Below, piece by piece: positions 36,774 through 44,408 of a DNA stretch of 64,000 bases (position 1 is its first letter; every line of letters begins with the position of its first letter). The stretch comes from Bacteroidota bacterium (lineage in GTDB: Bacteria; Bacteroidota; Bacteroidia; Sphingobacteriales; Sphingobacteriaceae), in assembly GCA_023427985.1 (NCBI GenBank), contig JAEYZM010000022.1, positions 30,760 to 94,759 of the forward strand, read 5' to 3'. The position numbers and the translations under genes are program-made. The notes under the pieces were generated by a model that worked only from the letters and a program-made list of their open reading frames with translations, was not told the origin of the DNA and did not search any database.

Positions 36774-38192
36774 ATGAAAAAAATTACCTTATTAATTCTT
36801 AGCTTTTTTGTTTTTGTGATCAATGGATTTTCACAAAAAATTATTTGGCAGAACCATGTTGGCGATACCAATTCCATGGAGATGTCATATTCTATTATAC
36901 GTTCAGCAGATCAAGGATTCTACATATGCGGATTAGATGGTGCAATTGGTTTTGGACAAGAAAACATTTTACTTGCTAAAATTAATTCAACAGGTGATAC
37001 TATATGGAAAAAAAGTATTGGGTATGAGGGCACTGGTGAATTTGCTCGATCAATCATTGAAACAGAAGATGGCTTGATGATTTTAGGATATACTGAATCG
37101 ATGGGTGCAGGTGCAGCAGATATGTACTTAGTAAAAACAAATATAAGTGGAGATGTAATTTGGGAAAAAACTTATGGTGGTGTTGCGAACGACGATGGAA
37201 TAAAAGTCGTTAAATTCAAGAATAATTTTTTAATTGTTGGACATAGTTATAATATTTCAACTTTTGAATACGATATTTTTTTAGTTGCAATAAATCCACA
37301 AGGGGATACCCTCTGGACAAAAAAATTCGGAACAGAATACGATGATTTTTTAATCAATTTGATTGAAAGTCCATCAAATGGATTTGTTGGCGTGGGCTAT
37401 ACCTATGGAAACAATGCAGATTTCATAGATGTGTATGCATTTCATATCGATTCCTTAGGAAATATACTTTGGTCAAACTCTTATGATGGTTTTGAACAAG
37501 GACAAAGTTCTGGAGATTATGGTACTTCTATTGTTGAACATAGTAATGGTACTTATTCAATTCTTGCTACTGAAAACTATATCTATCAGACTTCGTTTAC
37601 AGGTAACCTATGGTTATTAAATTTAGACTCGAATGGCGATACAATAAAAACAAAATCCATCATCATTGATAAGCCCATTAACACTACAGAATTATTAGAA
37701 ATTGAAGGACATCAATACGCAATTGTAAATGCCATTAATGAAGTAGACGAAGAACAAGGCATGATACTAAAATTTGATGCTAATCTAGACACAGTGTATT
37801 CATTCAGAATTAAATCGGATTCGTATACACATTTAAATTCAGCTATAGCAGATTCTAATTATATATTTTTGACAGGTTATCAAACGAATTTATATAAAAC
37901 TTACGAAGCCTATATTTCTAAGGTCGATGTATCACAAAGCACGACCGGTATTCGAGCTAACACATCGGCAAAAATTAAATTATATCCTAATCCGAGTACG
38001 GAATATATTTTAGTTGAATCAAGCGAATGTGCCAGATATATCATCGTTGGGATAGATGGAATTATTATTCGTAAATTGAGCTATATTTCTAATAAAATTG
38101 ATATAAAAAATTTATCTTCGGGTAAATATATTATTCAACTTTTCGATGAGCAGAATAAACTATGTGGCTCAGAAAAATTTATAAAACCTTAG
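36774..38192 (+). CDS. T9SS-sorted repeat (beta-propeller-like) protein
   Basis: Signal peptide. About 6 repeats of a ~50-aa unit (D..L.K.N..GD.IW.K.YG). C-terminal sorting domain (KLYPNPSTEYILVES...GKYIIQL). Confidence 0.7.
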   Translation: MKKITLLILSFFVFVINGFSQKIIWQNHVGDTNSMEMSYSIIRSADQGFYICGLDGAIGFGQENILLAKINSTGDTIWKKSIGYEGTGEFARSIIETEDGLMILGYTESMGAGAADMYLVKTNISGDVIWEKTYGGVANDDGIKVVKFKNNFLIVGHSYNISTFEYDIFLVAINPQGDTLWTKKFGTEYDDFLINLIESPSNGFVGVGYTYGNNADFIDVYAFHIDSLGNILWSNSYDGFEQGQSSGDYGTSIVEHSNGTYSILATENYIYQTSFTGNLWLLNLDSNGDTIKTKSIIIDKPINTTELLEIEGHQYAIVNAINEVDEEQGMILKFDANLDTVYSFRIKSDSYTHLNSAIADSNYIFLTGYQTNLYKTYEAYISKVDVSQSTTGIRANTSAKIKLYPNPSTEYILVESSECARYIIVGIDGIIIRKLSYISNKIDIKNLSSGKYIIQLFDEQNKLCGSEKFIKP

Positions 38193-38193
38193 C

Positions 38194-39951
38194 ATGTATA
38201 ATCAATTAATTGAAGAGGATAAGAAGCAGTTATTAAAAGAAAAAAATAAATTGAATACGATAAGAGCAATCCGATTGCTCTTATTTGTTTTTATAGGGTA
38301 TTTAGTATATCAATTATTTTTGAATGGCTATGATATAATATTAATTATAGGGTTGATTATAAGTACTGGAGTATTTTCCATTTTAATTAATACAACACAT
38401 AGCTTAACCAAAAAGGTAAAAATTTTAAAATATGAAATTGAGTTTTCAGAAAGAGAATTATCGAAGACATCCTCCCAATATCATTCTAACGGATCTAATT
38501 ATATAGACACCAAACATGATTACACTTATGATTTAGATGTATTTGGTGAAGGCTCAATTTTTCATTTCATTAATCGAACACATTCAATTATTGCAGAACG
38601 AAGGTTGGCAAATTATTTTATTAAATCTGATTTATCAAATATTAAATCAAGACAAAAAAGTGTTGAAGAGATTTCTCGGAATATTTTATTTAGAAAAAGA
38701 TTGTATGCAATAGGATTGACATATAAATTTAATGCCGATTCTGAAATGCGTTTATTAAGTTGGATTAATAAAGAAAGAAAACCCTTATCTAGATTTTACA
38801 TCTATATAAGTGTTTTAAGCCCATTGATTGTTTTATTTAGTTTAATTGGAATTGCAATAAGTACACATGATATTTTTAATGAAGTATTAAAATACGCAAC
38901 ATTATTTAATTTGCTATTATTGGGAATAAATTTCAAAAGACTAAAATCAGAAATATTTTATGGTGAGTTATTACATTCTACTCTATTCAATTTGTCTGAT
39001 AGTTTGAAACTTATTGAAGAAACAAATTTCAATTCGGATGAGCTCAATATTCTAAAATCAAAATTATCAAACAATAGTAAAACCTCTTCTTATAAAATTG
39101 AGCAGCTTGGTAAAATTTATCAAAACATTTATAATGTTCAGAATTTATTAAGTGCCATACTCTTCAATGCATTGTTTTTACAACACATACGAACTTTATT
39201 GCAATTAGATCGATGGATTCATCAATATCGAAATGAAATACCCAATTTATTAGATGTCATTGCAGAAATTGAAGCGATTTGTTCATTAGGAAATTTCAAA
39301 TTCAATAATCCCAATTTCGTATTTCCTGAAATCTCGAGTCATAACATGATAGAAATGAAGGACATAGGCCATCCTCTAATTGATGAAAAAAATGTGGTAT
39401 TGAATTCAATAAGCATAAATGAATCAGAATTTAAAATATTAACGGGTTCCAACATGTCGGGGAAAAGTACATTTCTTAGAAGCATCGGCATAAATTTAGT
39501 ATTGGCAAATATGGGATCGGTATGTTTTGCTAAGCTAATAAAATATAAGCCGATAAAATTAATTACAAGTATGCGTAACAATGATTCGGTATTATCGAAG
39601 GAGTCTTATTTTATGGCAGAAGTGAATCGATTGAAATATGTATTTGAAAGTATAAAAATTGAAAACGTGTTTTTGTTGTTGGATGAAATTTTGAAAGGTA
39701 CAAATTCTGATGATAAGTTAGAGGGGAGTAAGTTGATTTTAAGGAAATTAGTTGAATTGAATCAGCAGGGTATCATTGCAACGCATGATTTAGAATTATG
39801 TAATATGGAGAAAGAATATCCTAATCGATTACAAAATATATGTTTTGAATCAGAAATAATAAACAATACAATACACTTTGATTATAAATTGAATGTCGGC
39901 ATTTGTAAAAATAGATCAGCAAGCTTTTTAATACAGAAGAATATATTATAA
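38194..39951 (+). CDS. membrane-anchored MutS-related ATPase (MutS domain V only)
   Basis: 585 aa. About 4 TM segments in the first 250 aa. Walker A TGSNMSGKSTFLRSIG, Walker B LLLDEILKGTNSDD and ATHD. No mismatch-binding domain I and no Smr domain. ATG lies 1 nt after the upstream stop. Confidence 0.8.
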   Translation: MYNQLIEEDKKQLLKEKNKLNTIRAIRLLLFVFIGYLVYQLFLNGYDIILIIGLIISTGVFSILINTTHSLTKKVKILKYEIEFSERELSKTSSQYHSNGSNYIDTKHDYTYDLDVFGEGSIFHFINRTHSIIAERRLANYFIKSDLSNIKSRQKSVEEISRNILFRKRLYAIGLTYKFNADSEMRLLSWINKERKPLSRFYIYISVLSPLIVLFSLIGIAISTHDIFNEVLKYATLFNLLLLGINFKRLKSEIFYGELLHSTLFNLSDSLKLIEETNFNSDELNILKSKLSNNSKTSSYKIEQLGKIYQNIYNVQNLLSAILFNALFLQHIRTLLQLDRWIHQYRNEIPNLLDVIAEIEAICSLGNFKFNNPNFVFPEISSHNMIEMKDIGHPLIDEKNVVLNSISINESEFKILTGSNMSGKSTFLRSIGINLVLANMGSVCFAKLIKYKPIKLITSMRNNDSVLSKESYFMAEVNRLKYVFESIKIENVFLLLDEILKGTNSDDKLEGSKLILRKLVELNQQGIIATHDLELCNMEKEYPNRLQNICFESEIINNTIHFDYKLNVGICKNRSASFLIQKNIL

Positions 39952-39992
39952 TATAATTATAATTTATATATTAAAAGCGAATATAAAATCCG

Positions 39993-40415
39993 ATGAAAAA
40001 TATGAAAAACATATTAATTCTAGCATTATCTGTTGTATTTCTAAGTTCTTGTGAAAAAGAAGAAGCTACAGCACCACAACCCATTAATAATACAACTGGT
40101 GCTAAGATACAAAGCTATATTGTTCAGAATAAAACCTTTGTTTTTAATAGTAATAAACGTACGCACGAATTGATGATAGATGTTGATGCAATAACAGATG
40201 ATGTTATAACAGCAGGTGACGTATCTGCATACATCACAAAAAGTGGCTTGTCAACTAAATGGACTGCTTTACCTGGAAATTATGACAATGAAATACCAAA
40301 TACCACACCTATATTTTTTGATTATTATTATGTTAAAGGCAAATTATGTGTGTATTCATTGTTAAGCCCTTCATTTGGATATGTAGATATTAAAATAGTT
40401 ATCACTAAACCCTAA
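39993..40415 (+). CDS. small lipoprotein, function unknown
   Basis: Lipobox VFLSSC. 140 aa. No motif recognised. Confidence 0.5.
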   Translation: MKNMKNILILALSVVFLSSCEKEEATAPQPINNTTGAKIQSYIVQNKTFVFNSNKRTHELMIDVDAITDDVITAGDVSAYITKSGLSTKWTALPGNYDNEIPNTTPIFFDYYYVKGKLCVYSLLSPSFGYVDIKIVITKP

Positions 40416-40430
40416 TAATGCAATAGTAAT

Positions 40431-41861
40431 TTATTTCTTTTTCATTAGAATTAATAGTTTGTCATCTTTATAAAAGTACAATAAGTCATTTTGTAATTTA
40501 TAATTTGTTGTTAATTCTAATGCTTTAAAAAATTCTTGATCGGTTTTCATTTTGTTTTCTTCACACATTTTCATTGTAGATACTGCAGGCTTTTTATTTG
40601 ACACACTATCTTCATTTAAAACACATGACATATTGAAGGAATTACAAGCAATCTGACCTGAAACACCAGCTTTGTTTATGCTAATTATATTTGGATATTC
40701 TGGGTTTATTAATTTATCGTTGATACTAATTAACTCCCAATTTGAATAGATGCTTGATTCATCATTCCAATTCAACTTTTTGGTTAAATATAAATAGGGC
40801 ATGTGTAAATGATGCACAAAAATTTGATCTTTACTATCAGGGAAAATTTTAAAATAGTGTTCATCCGCTTTCAAAACAATGTAGTTTCCACATCGAGTAT
40901 AATGCACAGTATTCTTATAACTAGGTTCTGAATAATTATTTAAAGAATTCTTTACAAAACTTGCAGCAGTTTTACCTAAGTATTTTGTAAAATTTTCTTG
41001 TGCTTCTCTGCTTGGCTTATCCAATTTATTATAGATAAGTTTCATGGCTATATGTGTTTTGAAACTTTGTTTTTCGATAACTGTTTTTGCATCGGTAAAT
41101 GGATTGGTTTTATTAAAATCCGTTACAGTTTGAATTGAAAAAGGTACTTCAGGGACCCAATCACTTTCATTTACTACATTATACGCCCAACCCATTTGAG
41201 TATAACTTTCATAATCGTATGCAAAATATAAGTTACCTGGTTTTGGAGCTGCAGAGCAATACGTTTTAAAACGAATATCAGCAGGAAGTTTTTTATCTTT
41301 TTGCAAATAATGTAAATATGCTGTCATTAGATATGTAATTCCTCCACCCTGACTATGACCAGTAAGGATAATGTTTCTAACGCCCTTTTTATAAGCAGAG
41401 TCAATTCTTGGTAAAATATCTCTTTGCAAGTATGCTGTACCTATTAACCATCCGATGTGTACAGAAGCTTTTGGATCCTGAGCTAATTTATAATCAAATG
41501 TAAAATTAGTATCGAGTTTTAAAGAGCCATTTGCGGGAACCATTGCTGCATAAAAATTTTCTAACCAGCTCACCGGATTTTGAACAGTTCCTCTAATATT
41601 TATGATGATTTGATCTTTATCGTTTGACCACAATGTCCATTGATTCAATAGGCCCATCTCAGCTGAATTGTATTTTAAAACATGCGAGCTGGGAAAATCA
41701 AAATTTTTCTTATAGCCAGTATCTACAAACGAATGCGCCATCATGTTTAAAATGTTGATGTATTCGTTCTTATTGAAACCAGGTTTCAATGTTTGAGCCT
41801 GCAGGTTCATAGTAATCGAGCATAGCAAGACTAGGCTGAGAAAATTTAATTTATTGTGCAT
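40431..41861 (-). CDS. secreted class-3 lipase fused to a C-terminal META (HslJ-like) domain
   Basis: Nucleophile elbow ILTGHSQGGG. The last ~110 aa (WELISIND...GQIACNSFN...STMKMCEE...EFFKAL...LYFY) match the META-domain pattern. I start it at ATG 41861 (MHNKLNFLSLVLL...AQT). The longer TTG-initiated ORF would run through the htrA terminator. Confidence 0.7.
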   Translation of the reverse strand: MHNKLNFLSLVLLCSITMNLQAQTLKPGFNKNEYINILNMMAHSFVDTGYKKNFDFPSSHVLKYNSAEMGLLNQWTLWSNDKDQIIINIRGTVQNPVSWLENFYAAMVPANGSLKLDTNFTFDYKLAQDPKASVHIGWLIGTAYLQRDILPRIDSAYKKGVRNIILTGHSQGGGITYLMTAYLHYLQKDKKLPADIRFKTYCSAAPKPGNLYFAYDYESYTQMGWAYNVVNESDWVPEVPFSIQTVTDFNKTNPFTDAKTVIEKQSFKTHIAMKLIYNKLDKPSREAQENFTKYLGKTAASFVKNSLNNYSEPSYKNTVHYTRCGNYIVLKADEHYFKIFPDSKDQIFVHHLHMPYLYLTKKLNWNDESSIYSNWELISINDKLINPEYPNIISINKAGVSGQIACNSFNMSCVLNEDSVSNKKPAVSTMKMCEENKMKTDQEFFKALELTTNYKLQNDLLYFYKDDKLLILMKKK

Positions 41862-41892
41862 AGTTATTGTGAATATACCAATAATCATAAAT

Positions 41893-41922
41893 AAAAAAAA
41901 GCTGACCAATGGCCAGCTTTTT
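41893..41922 (-). terminator. hairpin terminator after htrA
   Basis: A8-GCTGACC-AAT-GGCCAGC-T5 on the plus strand. The 7-bp GC-rich stem has one mismatch and is extended by A:T pairs. On the minus strand it is followed by a T8 run. Confidence 0.6.
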
Positions 41923-41941
41923 CTCCTTTGTTTTAGAATCC

Positions 41942-43417
41942 TTATTTGATATTAAATGAATAAACGTATTTAGAATTTGGATTTTGAGGATAAATCCCTT
42001 CAATCATTAACATATTACTTTCTGTAGAATTGATGACCTCATCTATATCATCTGCATTGTCAACCATTTTGTTATTTAATTTTGTGATAATAAATCCTGA
42101 TCGTATACCAACACTCGACATTTTTCCTGAACGAACAGCATTTACTTTTACTCCCGATTCTATTCTAAGATTTTTCTTTTCTGATGCACTTAGGTCAGAG
42201 AAGTCGGCACCCAATAAATTCACACTATTTACCGGTTCTTTCTTTTTAAATTCTGTTGTATTGTCTTCACCTCTTAAAACCACTGCAAGATTTTTTTCTT
42301 TATTTTCTCGAATTACTCTCACATCAATTTTATCGCCTGGTCTATGTCTACCTACTTGTTCCATTAATTCCGATGTAGAATTCACATCAACACCAGCAAC
42401 AGAAGTAATCACATCGCCCGATTGTACACCAGCTAACTCTGCAGCACCACCATCGTTCACTCTTGCAACAAGAACACCGCGCGTATTTTTCAATCCTTTC
42501 TCCTTAGCAACTTCTGAATTTACTTCTTGAATTTGTACTCCTAAAAATGCGCGTTGCACTTTACCAAACTCTAATATATCGTCCATTACTTTTTTAACTA
42601 GATTCACTGGTACTGCGAATGAGTATCCAGCATACATGCCAGTTTGAGAAGCTATAGCTGTATTGATACCTACCAATTCACCTTTCGTATTTACCAATGC
42701 TCCACCACTATTACCTCTATTTACAGCTGCATCTGTTTGTATGAACGATTCAATTGGGAATTTACTTGGACTACCATCTTCACCAATGATATTTATGTTT
42801 CTACCTTTTGCAGAAACAATTCCAGCAGTTACAGTAGAAGTTAAATTCAATGGATTACCAACTGCTAATACCCATTCTCCAATTTTTACATTATCCGAAT
42901 TTCCATATGCAACAAATGGAAGATTGTCGGCATCAATTTTTATCAATGCTAAGTCGGTATTAGGATCCGTACCAATTATTTTACCTTTGAACGATCTTTT
43001 ATCGTTTAATACAACTTCAATTTTATCGGCACCATTTACAACGTGATTGTTCGTTACGATGTAACCATCGGCTGCAATAATAACACCCGAACCCGAGCCC
43101 ATAGAAGGTCCTCTTTGTCCGAATGGAAATCCACCATCGCCAAAGAAATCTCTGAAAATAGGATCAATATAGGTAGCACTTGGAGTTGAACTCATGGTCA
43201 CTTTAATGTGCACAACTGCAGGCACTGTTTTCGCCGCAGCCACTGTGAAATCAAGGGTACCATCGGCATTCGGATACTCCGTTAAACTTGCGAGCTGAAT
43301 TTTTTGCTTCTCAGTGATTGTACTTGGGCCTTTATCTTCAAACATCTTATACGCAGCCACTCCTACAAATCCGCCAAGACTAGCAATCAATAAACCAATA
43401 ATAATATTCTTTTTCAT
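41942..43417 (-). CDS. htrA: Do/DegQ-family periplasmic serine endoprotease
   Basis: Trypsin-fold triad context (TNNHVV, DLALIKI, GNSGGALV) and two PDZ domains. 491 aa. Confidence 0.9.
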   Translation of the reverse strand: MKKNIIIGLLIASLGGFVGVAAYKMFEDKGPSTITEKQKIQLASLTEYPNADGTLDFTVAAAKTVPAVVHIKVTMSSTPSATYIDPIFRDFFGDGGFPFGQRGPSMGSGSGVIIAADGYIVTNNHVVNGADKIEVVLNDKRSFKGKIIGTDPNTDLALIKIDADNLPFVAYGNSDNVKIGEWVLAVGNPLNLTSTVTAGIVSAKGRNINIIGEDGSPSKFPIESFIQTDAAVNRGNSGGALVNTKGELVGINTAIASQTGMYAGYSFAVPVNLVKKVMDDILEFGKVQRAFLGVQIQEVNSEVAKEKGLKNTRGVLVARVNDGGAAELAGVQSGDVITSVAGVDVNSTSELMEQVGRHRPGDKIDVRVIRENKEKNLAVVLRGEDNTTEFKKKEPVNSVNLLGADFSDLSASEKKNLRIESGVKVNAVRSGKMSSVGIRSGFIITKLNNKMVDNADDIDEVINSTESNMLMIEGIYPQNPNSKYVYSFNIK

Positions 43418-43499
43418 TTGCTATTTTTTTTAAAGGTTCCGAAAACATATTTTCAAAATCAATGCCAACTAAACGAATTATCATTTAAAATAATTGCCG

Positions 43500-43507
43500 T
43501 ACCTTTG
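43500..43507 (+). promoter_or_regulatory. candidate -7 box (TAnnTTTG)
   Basis: Exact TACCTTTG, 35 nt upstream of the dapF ATG. Confidence 0.45.
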
Positions 43508-43542
43508 TAAAAACTGTTTTACAAGTTTTTTTAAAAGCAGCC

Positions 43543-44322
43543 ATGAAATCAAAATTTTTCAAATATCAAGGTGCCGGCAACGACTTCATATTAATCGACA
43601 ATAGGGATAATCATTTTCCTAAGAACGATTCACAACTGTATAACAAATTGTGTGACAGAAAGTTTGGTATTGGAGCCGATGGCTTAATGCTCTTAGAATC
43701 AGAAAGTGGCTATGATTTTAAAATGGTTTATTTTAATTCCGATGGTAGGGAAAGCAGCATGTGTGGGAATGGTGGAAGATGCATTGTGCGTTTTGCAGAG
43801 GATTTAAATTTAGTTAAAAATGAGTGTAGCTTTTTGGCAGTCGATGGTCCACATTATGCCAAAATTTCTGAAAATGAGATTGAATTGGAGATGATTGATG
43901 TTCAAGATTGGAAGGAGTTGGAGGCCGATTTAGAGATTTACACTGGTTCACCGCATTATATTCAATGGACAAAAGATTTGGATTCATTGAACGTATACGA
44001 AAAAGGTAAGGCAATACGATATAACGATACGTATCATGAAAAGGGAATTAATGTAAATTTCTTAGAAGAGACAGCTAATGGGATTAAAGTTCGTACCTAT
44101 GAAAGGGGTGTGGAAAATGAAACACTATCGTGTGGGACTGGAGTTACCGCTGCTGCTATGTCGTATGCGATTAAACATCAATTGAAGGGCGATCAAGAAA
44201 TACAAATTGAGACTCCAGGTGGTAAACTTAGAGTTAGATTTCATTTCGATTCAAATGGCTTTTCTAAGGTTTTTCTAATTGGGCCGGCTAAATTTGTATT
44301 TGAGGGTGAGATTGATGTGTAA
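43543..44322 (+). CDS. dapF: diaminopimelate epimerase
   Basis: FFKYQGAGNDFILID. Catalytic cysteines in MCGNGGRC and LSCGTG. Confidence 0.95.
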   Translation: MKSKFFKYQGAGNDFILIDNRDNHFPKNDSQLYNKLCDRKFGIGADGLMLLESESGYDFKMVYFNSDGRESSMCGNGGRCIVRFAEDLNLVKNECSFLAVDGPHYAKISENEIELEMIDVQDWKELEADLEIYTGSPHYIQWTKDLDSLNVYEKGKAIRYNDTYHEKGINVNFLEETANGIKVRTYERGVENETLSCGTGVTAAAMSYAIKHQLKGDQEIQIETPGGKLRVRFHFDSNGFSKVFLIGPAKFVFEGEIDV

Positions 44323-44361
44323 ATCGGAATGATTTTTCTTCGCCAAGCAAATAATAATTTC

Positions 44362-44369
44362 TACATTTG
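44362..44369 (+). promoter_or_regulatory. candidate -7 box (TAnnTTTG)
   Basis: Exact TACATTTG, 39 nt upstream of the GTG start at 44409. Confidence 0.45.
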
Positions 44370-44408
44370 AATTTTTTTAGAATATAACTTAAGCTATATT
44401 TTTTAGCT

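Noticed and set aside
38194-39951. Calling this gene mutS or mutS2 (mismatch repair or recombination suppressor).
   Set aside because: It lacks the N-terminal mismatch-recognition domain and the C-terminal Smr domain, and it has TM segments instead. Only the ATPase domain V is shared, so no canonical gene symbol is warranted.
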